Source: a virus. Taken from it: a DNA stretch of 64,000 nucleotides. The position numbers were made by a program, and so were the translations under genes. This document shows, piece after piece, positions 30,071 through 38,862 of the stretch. Every line of letters starts with the position of its first letter. Positions within the stretch are counted from its first letter, which is position 1. The DNA is taken from positions 90,193 through 154,192 of IMG/VR virus record IMGVR_UViG_3300034073_002585; one strand, written 5' to 3'. Under the pieces are notes generated by a model that was given only the letters and a program-made list of their open reading frames with translations, did not search any database and was not told the origin of the DNA.

Positions 30071-31081
30071 ATGAAAATACTTTTTACTGGCATGGGAACT
30101 CACCACTGCAAAAAGCCAGAAAACGCTAGTTTCTTTTCGCTTTTGTCTGACATGGTAGAAAATTTTTCCCAGGTGGAGTGGAAGTCTCCTGACGTAACGT
30201 GGACTAGAGAGTATCTAGAATCCTACGATGCGATTATATTTGGCATGCTACCTCCAACCGCCCTGAGCGCAAATAAACTATATGGCGGATTAAATGTATT
30301 AGGTTTGATGTTTGACTCGCCTAAACTAAAGCTAGTAGTAGATAGCCCACAAATTTGGCAATACAAAAACAGTATCTCGGCTGTTGCAAAAGATTATGGG
30401 TATTTGTTAAATAACGCTTATAATAAAAAAGAAGGATACCAGTACGCAAAAAATAACGAGTATATAGTGTCTCGTGCCTGTGCTCATATGTTGGTTTCCG
30501 AATGGCCCAAAATTCTATATCCGTCTTTGCCTTGGAACTCAGACAACAGGGTAGCTCAGGCTTTAAGATTTGTAGACTCTTCAAGCCTCGTTGGACTAAA
30601 TCTTGACTCTAAATTAATTTTGCCAGAACCTACGAGGATAGGGAGAGAGGACTACTGGTCAGTAGAAAACCACAAAAATAGTTGGGTTGACTACATATCT
30701 AAGTCTATGTCTTTCCCTATGAAGGCAACAAAGTCTGGAAAAAAGACAGACGATTTGTATGCAGCCGAGACTATAGAAAATGGAGTCGGGCTTATTGTAC
30801 CGCCTCAGGAAAGAAACATGATTACATGGTGGAACTATAGACTAGTTCAAGCCATGAACACCAGTACCCCCGTAGTGACATATTGGACAGATACCAAGGA
30901 CTTTGACGCCTCCTGGGCATCACTGGCGTATCAAGTAGAAGATATGTCAGCAGTAAAAAGACAGACACTTGCTTCTAGACAACGCGAGGTCTACTTGGAA
31001 AACATAGACAGAGAAGAATTTGTAGTCGAAAAGCTACAAAATATTCTGCTAGACTCTAAAAAGGAGAGAAATTATGCCTGA
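30071..31081 (+). CDS. hypothetical protein, possibly glycosyltransferase-like
   Basis: Rossmann-like N-terminus MKILFTG and YDAIIFG; C-terminal WW.YRLVQA...TPVV is reminiscent of GT-B enzymes. Confidence 0.4.
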   Translation: MKILFTGMGTHHCKKPENASFFSLLSDMVENFSQVEWKSPDVTWTREYLESYDAIIFGMLPPTALSANKLYGGLNVLGLMFDSPKLKLVVDSPQIWQYKNSISAVAKDYGYLLNNAYNKKEGYQYAKNNEYIVSRACAHMLVSEWPKILYPSLPWNSDNRVAQALRFVDSSSLVGLNLDSKLILPEPTRIGREDYWSVENHKNSWVDYISKSMSFPMKATKSGKKTDDLYAAETIENGVGLIVPPQERNMITWWNYRLVQAMNTSTPVVTYWTDTKDFDASWASLAYQVEDMSAVKRQTLASRQREVYLENIDREEFVVEKLQNILLDSKKERNYA

Positions 31082-31508
31082 AATAAATCGCGAATGGATT
31101 ATCGAACAACTTCAAGCTGCAAAGGTTAAGGTTGGTTCTGGTAAAGCTATTATGAAGCTTTTAGAAGCCTGGGAAGAGATTCCTGAACTTAGTGACAATA
31201 TGAAAGAAGAAGTACTTAAGATTTTCCCTCTTGTTGCTAGAGGAGTGGTTCTTAAGGTAGAGGAAGATGACAATGACTACAAATGGGTCCCACTGCAACC
31301 AGGACAAATCTCAGTCGGAGATGTCGTCCGTGTTAAAGCAGATGCTTATGAGGACAAGCTCGGACCCATTCACAACGGTCGCCGCGGCACAGTGGTTGCA
31401 GTCCGCTATGGCGACGTCATCTTCAACGACACCGACGGGAAAAAGCCAGAACTAAAGGGTGCCCACTATTCTCCTTACAAGTTAGAGAAAAGAGTAAGGA
31501 AAAACTAA
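31074..31508 (+). CDS. hypothetical protein with a C-terminal KOW/SH3-like domain
   Basis: ISVGDVVRVK...NGRRGTVVAVRYGDV. Confidence 0.65.
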   Translation: MPEINREWIIEQLQAAKVKVGSGKAIMKLLEAWEEIPELSDNMKEEVLKIFPLVARGVVLKVEEDDNDYKWVPLQPGQISVGDVVRVKADAYEDKLGPIHNGRRGTVVAVRYGDVIFNDTDGKKPELKGAHYSPYKLEKRVRKN

Positions 31509-31762
31509 TGCGTACTTCATTCGAGCTAAAAATTACTGCTAGTAATATTAAAGAAGCTAAAGCCACAGCAATCCAAAAAATATCTTCTTTTCTTTCTATA
31601 GAAGAGAGTAAAGTCTCAGATGAAGTAAATATGGAACTCAAGGTCTCTTATCCAGAGGCTAAGACACTGGCTGAAATTACTCAGGCAGAGGATTCAAATA
31701 TATTTGTGGTGACAGTCTACGGTTCAGTGAAACAGAGTGTTGCAAAACCTTTTGGTTTTTAG
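31508..31762 (+). CDS. hypothetical protein
   Basis: TAATG coupling, 84 aa. Confidence 0.6.
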   Translation: MRTSFELKITASNIKEAKATAIQKISSFLSIEESKVSDEVNMELKVSYPEAKTLAEITQAEDSNIFVVTVYGSVKQSVAKPFGF

Positions 31763-31797
31763 TTGACAAATAAATAAAATACTGCTAGCTTGTACCT
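31763..31797 (+). promoter_or_regulatory. leaderless sigma70/SigA promoter
   Basis: TTGACA-17 bp-(TGc)TAGCTT-6 bp-ATG; no SD sequence. Confidence 0.75.
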
Positions 31798-32289
31798 ATG
31801 CAAACATTTGTACCCCTGCTTGGCTCAGCAGATACAGCCAAAGTGTTAGACCGTGCCCGCCTGAATAAGCAAGCTCTTGAAGGTTGGCAAATTCTAATGA
31901 ACTTAGTTCAACTAGACCCTCAGGGTAACCACCGTATATCTAAAGGTTGGTCCAACCACCCAGCCGTTAAGATGTGGCGTGGTCACGAAGGCGCTCTCAC
32001 GGTCTACATCGTCAAGATGGTTATGGAATGGGAGAAGCGTGGCTATAAGTCCACTATTGCCAAAAAAGCTGTCACCACATACATCCAAGCCGTCAAGCTA
32101 GGTCGTATTACTCAGGGCAGTCACCGTCTTCCTGCATGGATGAGAGACAAAGAACTTTTTGACCAGATTGCATCCAGTCACCGTATGGCTTTACTCAACA
32201 AAGACTACGAGTGGTACAGTCAGTTTGGTTGGCCTGAAGATGCTGGCACTAGACCAGACACGTACGACTACGTTTGGCCAGTACAGTAA
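31798..32289 (+). CDS. MSMEG_6728-family / pyrimidine-dimer DNA glycosylase-like protein
   Basis: MQTF.P...A..LD..RL.KQ..E..QI, GW.NHPAV.MWRG.E, SHR..LL.KD..WY, YVWP. Confidence 0.85.
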   Translation: MQTFVPLLGSADTAKVLDRARLNKQALEGWQILMNLVQLDPQGNHRISKGWSNHPAVKMWRGHEGALTVYIVKMVMEWEKRGYKSTIAKKAVTTYIQAVKLGRITQGSHRLPAWMRDKELFDQIASSHRMALLNKDYEWYSQFGWPEDAGTRPDTYDYVWPVQ

Positions 32290-32338
32290 TTTTGTAATTT
32301 ACGGTAAGGTTTACGCATAAGCTACTAAATTTGTAGCT

Positions 32339-32677
32339 ATGAGACGTAAAAAGCAAGTATCTGAGCCTGTTTGGCTTACCTGGGAGGGCGAAGATTTTCC
32401 TCGTAAGTTCCATTCTGACTCGGTAGTTTTTTATATTAGTGAACACATTTATTTGGATGAAGATGTTGTTGCCAAAAAGTCGCTGGCACGTCAGATACAA
32501 CTAGAGGGGCTCTCCTACTCCTTGGGAGAATCACTTCGCCTTATAGAAGATTCCTGGGTAACAAAGGCTGGATACTATTTTGAAGATGGCGATGAGGACT
32601 ATCCTGTCTACTGTGAAATAGATGATTTAGATATTGAATGGGATGCCACATTCGTGGAGGTTCCAGTTGTTTGTTAA
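32339..32677 (+). CDS. hypothetical protein
   Basis: 112 aa; TAAATT-7 bp-ATG leaderless start. Confidence 0.6.
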   Translation: MRRKKQVSEPVWLTWEGEDFPRKFHSDSVVFYISEHIYLDEDVVAKKSLARQIQLEGLSYSLGESLRLIEDSWVTKAGYYFEDGDEDYPVYCEIDDLDIEWDATFVEVPVVC

Positions 32678-33119
32678 TAGTCCAGACTGGCACGAAGATG
32701 CCGAGTGCGGTAAGGTCGAGCATGCCGACAAAATGGATAACTTTTTTGCAAATAAGCCTTCTCAGCAATGGGAAGCAAAAAAACTATGTAATGTCTGCCC
32801 AGTAAGAAAAGATTGCATTAAGTGGGCACTAGATAATAAGCAGCTCTGGGGTATTTGGGGTGGACTTGATTCCCGGCAGATTAGAAATACCCTCTCAGTT
32901 AACTGGGACGGTCAAGAGATGCGTTATAAGAGATTCCCGCTCTGCCCTAACTGCAGAGCAAAAACAGATAAACTAAAAACAGCGGTTGTTGATAGACCAG
33001 ACGGCGGCAGATGGGCAACTATGCGTATAGTTGGCTGTACCGAGTGTCACTTTACTTGGCAGAGCCGAACCAGTGCAAATGCGGTAGATGCCTATCACGC
33101 ACAGAAAGATAAAAACTAG
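32667..33119 (+). CDS. whiB: WhiB-family Fe-S transcription factor with a C-terminal Zn ribbon
   Basis: W..DAEC...FF...AKKLCNVCPVRKDC...AL...WGIWGG plus CPNC/CTEC. GGAGG RBS before TTG 32667. Confidence 0.9.
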   Translation: MFVNSPDWHEDAECGKVEHADKMDNFFANKPSQQWEAKKLCNVCPVRKDCIKWALDNKQLWGIWGGLDSRQIRNTLSVNWDGQEMRYKRFPLCPNCRAKTDKLKTAVVDRPDGGRWATMRIVGCTECHFTWQSRTSANAVDAYHAQKDKN

Positions 33120-34198
33120 TCTTTTTGTTCGTAGTATTTCATATTTGCTTTTAAGCGCTCATTTTCTGGGTTTAACCTAAGAGCCTCGGTTCCGTAAATA
33201 AAAGCGTCTTCAACGTTTCCTTCGTAATAACTTGCAATTGCTGCCAAATCCCATGGTAGATATCCCCAGGCGAAAGCTTCACACAAATAATCTAGGGGCT
33301 TCTCTACGATATCTAGAGCCTTTTTAGCGAAATGCAAGCAACTTGCCCAAGATTGGACAGAATACAGATGCTGAGACATTTCAACCAAAGCTTCCCTACG
33401 ACCAGGAGCTTCTTTAATTGCCTGTATCAGCCATTCTTCTCGGTTGTCAGGTTCAATTTTGGCTAGGTACCTCATAGAAGCTGCTCTCTCTGGGGCCCAG
33501 ACGGCAGTAGGCAGGCTCAGGTGGCGTTTAAATTGCTTAGCTGCCTCTTCGTATAAGCCATTAAAATAAAGCTCTCTAGCGTAATAATAGGCGTTTCTGT
33601 CGTCCTCTGGTCTTTCATCTACGGCCATTTTTAGGAGGGGAAAATATTGTCCACGCGACTTTGTATTGTCTGGGTGATGGTGAATTTCTAGTCCAATCCA
33701 ACCCTGGGTTTCTTTAGTGTCGCCATATGTGCGAAGAACTTCGTGGACTGGGTGAGTCCACCTGTAGCCCCTGCGTGCATGAATCTTATCTCCGCCGTAC
33801 TGAAGGCTTGGCACAGTTTCTGCCTCATCCAGCCAATTCCAGGTATATTGATATCTGGGACGTGTCCAGCCACTGGAAAGTGCATCTGTCAAGTGGTCCT
33901 TCCAACCAGGAAGAAGCACTTCATCCATGTCCAGGGCAATACAGTAGTCAATGTCCTCTGGAATGGCTACGAGCGATGCATTGCGAGCGTCATCAAAACG
34001 CCAAGGACGCACTTTTACGTCAATCACGTTGATTCCAAGCTTAATTGCAGTTTCACGGGTGCCATCTGTACTACCTGTATCTGCAATTAAGAGGTAATCA
34101 GCGTCTTTTGCGCTCTCATACCATCTTTCGACAAATTGCTCCTCGTTGAGGGCAATTGTGTATACGGCTACTTTGGCTCTTTTACTCTTTTTATCCAT
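33116..34198 (-). CDS. GT2 glycosyltransferase with TPR repeats
   Basis: VYTIALNEE, DTGSTDGT, FDDARNASL, LDMDE, VHEVL, then TPR-like helices. Confidence 0.9.
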   Translation of the reverse strand: MDKKSKRAKVAVYTIALNEEQFVERWYESAKDADYLLIADTGSTDGTRETAIKLGINVIDVKVRPWRFDDARNASLVAIPEDIDYCIALDMDEVLLPGWKDHLTDALSSGWTRPRYQYTWNWLDEAETVPSLQYGGDKIHARRGYRWTHPVHEVLRTYGDTKETQGWIGLEIHHHPDNTKSRGQYFPLLKMAVDERPEDDRNAYYYARELYFNGLYEEAAKQFKRHLSLPTAVWAPERAASMRYLAKIEPDNREEWLIQAIKEAPGRREALVEMSQHLYSVQSWASCLHFAKKALDIVEKPLDYLCEAFAWGYLPWDLAAIASYYEGNVEDAFIYGTEALRLNPENERLKANMKYYEQKD

Positions 34199-34758
34199 AT
34201 TTGTAGTCCATTGTCTATAACTTGAAACTCATTAGAATAGCACGCCACAATACCGTCAACAGCTGGCTTTGGGTCTGCCCAGATGCCTTTACCTTGAGTC
34301 CATAGGTAGTCATCAAATGCTACAATCCCGCCTAACCCGACGCGGTGTACTGCATTTATGCCATCTTTTAGTACCTGAGGTGCCTCATGTCCTCCGTCAA
34401 TATATATGAAATGAAAACCTCTTTTACCTTCTTCACTTGCAAAAAAGCTGTCGCTGGTGCCTTTGTAAACTTTAAGTCTTCCAGACTTTAATTTTTCAGC
34501 GTGTCTTTCCAGGTAAGTATCTTCTACTGATTTCCAATCTATAGTTTTGTGCTCTGATTCATCTGAACCCTCCCATGTGTCTACATCTAAAAGAGTCGAC
34601 TCTGGGTGGGTCAAGACATTATCAAAAAGCCACTGGGTAGCATCTCCAGTGTATGCTCCTATTTGGAGGCACTGGATTGGTTGACCAGCGTACGGCATTA
34701 AATTTCTGAAGAAATAGACATCTGCTTTCCCTCTAATAAACCAGTTGGCGTATTCCAT
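34168..34758 (-). CDS. class I SAM methyltransferase (Methyltransf_24-like)
   Basis: LQIGAYTG, DVDTWEGS, FIYIDGGH, GGIVAFDDY. Start ATG 34758. Confidence 0.85.
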   Translation of the reverse strand: MEYANWFIRGKADVYFFRNLMPYAGQPIQCLQIGAYTGDATQWLFDNVLTHPESTLLDVDTWEGSDESEHKTIDWKSVEDTYLERHAEKLKSGRLKVYKGTSDSFFASEEGKRGFHFIYIDGGHEAPQVLKDGINAVHRVGLGGIVAFDDYLWTQGKGIWADPKPAVDGIVACYSNEFQVIDNGLQIWIKRVKEPK

Positions 34759-34762
34759 TAAT

Positions 34763-34966
34763 CTACCTTCTTCCCCACTTAACAAAATTCCATCCACGTT
34801 CATGTAAATAATAAAGTACAGTCTTTGTTAAGACTTCCAGTGAAGCTATAGATGCTGCTGCAACTGGTTCTTTAGTTATTAGCCATGCTATTAGAAATGT
34901 GTCGGCAGTTCCTATAGCTCTCCATGAGAGTGCCTTTGCTGCAGACCTAGCTCTAGTTACTTTCAT
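34763..34966 (-). CDS. DUF2061-like small membrane protein
   Basis: RS.AKALSWR.IGT.DT...YY.HER.W. Confidence 0.85.
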   Translation of the reverse strand: MKVTRARSAAKALSWRAIGTADTFLIAWLITKEPVAAASIASLEVLTKTVLYYLHERGWNFVKWGRR

Positions 34967-35730
34967 ATTCCTAATTCTTTTCGTTTTTGGGTAGCAGATA
35001 TGGATTGAAGTTCAGCACTAAGCTCTACTTTCTCAATCCTATATCCAACGTCTCTTCCATAAATAATATTAGTTATATTAGGCAATCTTAATATCACAGT
35101 ATTACTCTCACTGCTTTTACTGTTTTGTTTCATATAAACAACAACTTCATCAACACTCAGGGGGTCTTTTTCTGAAGTTAAATGGGTATCCCTAATTCCC
35201 ACTAAAACCTGTTCTGTTCGTAGGTGCGCCTGAGTCTTCAACGCTTCGTGTCCCTCATGCCATGGTTGATATCTTCCAAGCATTAACGTAGTAGGAAGTT
35301 TCCAGTCAACGAGATTTAATAGGCCCAGGACCGCGTCTTTTTCTTCATCTAGCGTTAGACCGTTTTTTATTTCTAAGCTATAAAAAGTAGATTCTGGTGA
35401 TTCCCAAATAGAGTTGGTGTCCTCGTATCTGCTTTTATCTACTCTATTTATGTAGATTTTAAAGTCTGAATCTCCGAACGCTAGTCTTGTCTGTTTAGTA
35501 GGATTTACAAAATCCACGAAAACTAACTTACCCTGATTGGAAAGAAGTCTAGCAATTGCCCCCAATCTCCTGGCGTGCTCCACTCTATCCTCTAAAGAAA
35601 ATCCCAGGTCCGAGCTCAAGTCAGCTCTAATTTCATCAGCATTTATATGTATAGCATCAGTGTGCTCTAAAAGTTTTTTGCATAAAGATGTTTTTCCAGA
35701 ACCAGGAAGCCCGAAAAAAACTACAATCAT
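34963..35730 (-). CDS. adenylylsulfate-kinase-like P-loop domain fused to an HxGH nucleotidyltransferase domain
   Basis: GLPGSGKT, NADEIR..L..DLGFS.EDR.E.ARR (CysC-like); C-terminal MLGRYQPWHEGH...YGRDVGY...ISATQ.R. Confidence 0.85.
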   Translation of the reverse strand: MIVVFFGLPGSGKTSLCKKLLEHTDAIHINADEIRADLSSDLGFSLEDRVEHARRLGAIARLLSNQGKLVFVDFVNPTKQTRLAFGDSDFKIYINRVDKSRYEDTNSIWESPESTFYSLEIKNGLTLDEEKDAVLGLLNLVDWKLPTTLMLGRYQPWHEGHEALKTQAHLRTEQVLVGIRDTHLTSEKDPLSVDEVVVYMKQNSKSSESNTVILRLPNITNIIYGRDVGYRIEKVELSAELQSISATQKRKELGI

Positions 35731-35731
35731 T

Positions 35732-36358
35732 TTAATACCTATCTTTTAACTTTTCGTATAAATCTTTAATCTGCAACATTTCCATAGAGTTAGAGTAGCC
35801 ATAGAGGACCTCGGCAACTTCGTCGTAGAAAGGAGATTTCTTTCTAGGAACATGTCCTACCTCTAAATACATACTAGGGTCAATTGTGGAAATCTCACCT
35901 AATTCAAAGTTTCTATAGACCTCATCATTAGGCATTGTTTTTTCTCGCTTATTGTTAGCGAGCTCGGGATAGAAAGTCTCTAATTTTGTGAAAAAAGTGT
36001 CTACATCCTGAGTAAATTCTTCAAATACTGCAACAAAAAAATTTTCATGGTTGTAGACAAAATTCCATAGCTCGCTTAATTCATTAATTTTTCCCTTTAC
36101 TTCCTGGGAAGCTGAAAAATTATCACTCAGTTTTTTAGCATGAACATGATGTGATATAAGGGTATCTACAGGGTCTCTAAGTGGAACTATAAAAGGATGA
36201 GAAAGACCACCTGATATATAGTTTTTATGGTGAACCACGGAGTGAAGAGCATAGTTTTTATTTTCTATGTGATTTAAAAAATATCTATTTTTTAGGTGAT
36301 GCATTAAAAAATTGTGGCCAGAGCGCTGAAACCCAGCTACGATTAAGTTTTCAATCAT
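35732..36358 (-). CDS. sulfotransferase-like protein
   Basis: 5'-PSB-like AGFQRSGHNFL, 3'-PB-like LRDPVDTLIS, and FEEF. Confidence 0.7.
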   Translation of the reverse strand: MIENLIVAGFQRSGHNFLMHHLKNRYFLNHIENKNYALHSVVHHKNYISGGLSHPFIVPLRDPVDTLISHHVHAKKLSDNFSASQEVKGKINELSELWNFVYNHENFFVAVFEEFTQDVDTFFTKLETFYPELANNKREKTMPNDEVYRNFELGEISTIDPSMYLEVGHVPRKKSPFYDEVAEVLYGYSNSMEMLQIKDLYEKLKDRY

Positions 36359-37557
36359 TTACCTAGTCCAAGTACTGAAATGTTTTCCCTAAGTTCATAG
36401 CTTCCCCCTATAAGCATAGTTAGAAGCCCTGGCTTAGATTCAACTCCAGCTCGGTCCCTAAACCACTCACTACCTGGGTCCGTGGTCGGAGCTTGAACCC
36501 AGAGGCGCTCTCCGATATCCATAGTGCGGAAGTTGTGGAAGTGTCCAGAAATCCAAAGGTCAGCAGCGCCTAGTGCAGTCTGTCCAGCGGCATGCTGAGA
36601 GAGAAATTTCATAGTATTATTCTGACCAGCTTGATGCCCGTGGAACATTCCAAGCATAGTTCCTTCAATATCTATAGTGAGAGTCTGATGCCCCGTGTTC
36701 GGGTAGCGAAACTCTACATGGGACAGCTCTGGGTTTTCTGCGCAAATGTCTTGTACAGCAGAGGCAATCTCAACGTTCCATCCGTCAGCGGGGTCCGTGA
36801 CAACCTGACGAGTTGCCTCGTCGTGGTTTCCGTTGATGACTGGCACAATTAGCCTGTCTACCAATGGGGCAAAAGCTTTTACCTGAGCCAACAACAACCT
36901 ACGTGCCACACGCGTCTGCTCCGTGATTCCGAGGTCTGATGCTGCCTGACCCTGTAGTCGTCCGTTCTGGCTAGTTGTGCCCTCTACGTGGTCACCAAGA
37001 AGGGCTAGCGCTATAGTACCTGGATTGATTCCAGCTTTCAGGTTTTGCTGGAAACGGTGTACAGCTTTTTCTGTAAGAGATAGGATTCGGTCTACTGACT
37101 GACCTGTGCCCTGACCGTTTGCCTTCTTACCAATCTGCTGGTCGCTAGGAGCAACCAAAAAAGCGCCCTCGCCAGTGGACTTCTTAGTCCCCTTGCCAGG
37201 ACGCCATTTCTTAATGTGGTCTACGAGTTGTTCTATGTCTACTAAGTCGGAGACAGAGGCTACAGCTGGAACAACATTGACCCTAACTGACTCAAGCCAC
37301 TCGCCGTCATACTTCTGCCATTTACCTCTACGTAGTGAAGTAACGCACCATTCATTCGGGTTTAGTCCGAATTCTTCTAGAACAGTAGTGGCGTCTACTG
37401 CGTCGCCTTCAGCTCTAGGAGTTCCGACTACAAAGCCGCCTTTGGTGGTATCAATGTCCATCCTTGGACGCCAGTCCTCTGGCTGCTTAGTGGCTCGCAC
37501 GTCTGAACCACTGTGTCCAGGCATACGAAGTTTCTCTAGTTTTTCTGACAGGCTCAC
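36355..37557 (-). CDS. calcineurin-like metallophosphoesterase / nuclease
   Basis: SDQQIGK, LGDHVEG, GNHDE, HGH, SGHFH. Confidence 0.85.
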   Translation of the reverse strand: MSLSEKLEKLRMPGHSGSDVRATKQPEDWRPRMDIDTTKGGFVVGTPRAEGDAVDATTVLEEFGLNPNEWCVTSLRRGKWQKYDGEWLESVRVNVVPAVASVSDLVDIEQLVDHIKKWRPGKGTKKSTGEGAFLVAPSDQQIGKKANGQGTGQSVDRILSLTEKAVHRFQQNLKAGINPGTIALALLGDHVEGTTSQNGRLQGQAASDLGITEQTRVARRLLLAQVKAFAPLVDRLIVPVINGNHDEATRQVVTDPADGWNVEIASAVQDICAENPELSHVEFRYPNTGHQTLTIDIEGTMLGMFHGHQAGQNNTMKFLSQHAAGQTALGAADLWISGHFHNFRTMDIGERLWVQAPTTDPGSEWFRDRAGVESKPGLLTMLIGGSYELRENISVLGLGK

Positions 37558-37565
37558 AGTTCTCC

Positions 37566-37832
37566 CTACTTTAGCCTATTGCACGAACATAATCCGCGCC
37601 TGTGTCTATCTACCGCACTTGGGCTGACGTCATACCCTTCTTCACGAAGAGCATAAGCCAATCGGATGTTCGGCACGTGTTCTTCGTCACCAGGACGAGA
37701 ATTAATAATTCGGATAACGGCGTTTACGTCATCTTCTGAAAGCTTCGGGTCGTAAGTAACCTGCATTAGCTTACAAATAAAGGTGTTTTGGTAAGCTTCG
37801 GTTGCAGCCTTAAGGCGCTGAGCTAGAGCCAT
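37566..37832 (-). CDS. small HTH-like protein
   Basis: LAYALREEGYDVS.SAVDRHRR..CSC; AGGAG RBS. Confidence 0.7.
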   Translation of the reverse strand: MALAQRLKAATEAYQNTFICKLMQVTYDPKLSEDDVNAVIRIINSRPGDEEHVPNIRLAYALREEGYDVSPSAVDRHRRGLCSCNRLK

Positions 37833-37883
37833 AGTCCTCTCCTTAAACTATTACTTTAAGTATAGTACTACAGCAAAGAGTTT

Positions 37884-38000
37884 TTAGCTAGCTTTTCTAA
37901 GAATAATAACCTCATGTTTTTGCTCGCAATCTCTTGCAAGCGACGGGACAACGTGTTGTTTTGAGCAGACTGAACAAATGTAGTCTTTTACGTTAGCCAA
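37884..38000 (-). CDS. 38-aa zinc-finger microprotein (not in the ORF track)
   Basis: GAGGT RBS + TTG; MANVKDYICSVCSKQHVVPSLARDCEQKHEVIILRKAS (CxxC-x12-CxxxH). Confidence 0.7.
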   Translation of the reverse strand: MANVKDYICSVCSKQHVVPSLARDCEQKHEVIILRKAS

Positions 38001-38053
38001 TATTCTGTTACCTCGGTTATTCTGGGGAATTTCCCTTAGTAACTATTTTCCCA

Positions 38054-38854
38054 CTACTCTGAAGGTTCTTTTTCTTTTGCTTGTGTAGATTCTGCTGCAG
38101 CCTTTAGTGCTTCTCTGATATTGTTGGCCTCTATCATACGAGGGAACCTTCCAGCAAAATGATAGTCTCCAGAATGTGAAATCTTAACCCATGGGGCAGA
38201 CCAAACTTCTCCTCCCTCGGCTTGCCACATTCTACACAAGGCGTAGTCTTCCGACAGAAGAATGTCATTCTCATCGATAAAAGTAGTAAAGTATTCAGTT
38301 ACCATTTCGCCAAATGGCACTCCAGTTGAACCTACGTTGTTGTTTTTGTATTTTTTACATTTTGGTTCTAGAGTTTCAAATACTTTTCGTGTCAAAAAAA
38401 GCATTCCAGTGCCGATATCTTTAACTTTAAATGGCTCACTCTCGTTAAACTCTTGACTCTCTGGTAAAAGATTTATAGCGAAGTGACCAGAATATTGCTC
38501 TAATTCGTTGGCTGATTTTCCTGCAAGAGCAGCTAGTCTTATGTTTTCCCAGTTAATACCTTTCATAGGATATATGGCTCCAATAAAGTCTTTACCAGAC
38601 TCTATCATTTTTAAGACGTCTGCTGAATCCCAACCGTGGTCAGCATCAATAAAAAGTAGTGCATCACAGTCGGACTGCATAAATTTGTGAGCTAACGTGT
38701 TTCTAGCACGAGTAATTAAACTCTCATTTCCCACCGTGGTTGTGCTTATACTGTGCCCCGCTTGGGACAGCTTTACAATTAGGTTTTGCATAGAAATGGT
38801 GTAGTTATTCTTTGCAATTCCACCATACATTGGCGTGGCAATAAAAAGTTTCAA
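38054..38854 (-). CDS. GT-A fold glycosyltransferase-like protein
   Basis: IATPMYGG, ESLITRARN, LLFIDAD (DxD), GTGMLF..R, LSEDYALCR.W. Confidence 0.75.
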   Translation of the reverse strand: MKLFIATPMYGGIAKNNYTISMQNLIVKLSQAGHSISTTTVGNESLITRARNTLAHKFMQSDCDALLFIDADHGWDSADVLKMIESGKDFIGAIYPMKGINWENIRLAALAGKSANELEQYSGHFAINLLPESQEFNESEPFKVKDIGTGMLFLTRKVFETLEPKCKKYKNNNVGSTGVPFGEMVTEYFTTFIDENDILLSEDYALCRMWQAEGGEVWSAPWVKISHSGDYHFAGRFPRMIEANNIREALKAAAESTQAKEKEPSE

Positions 38855-38862
38855 GACTCTCC

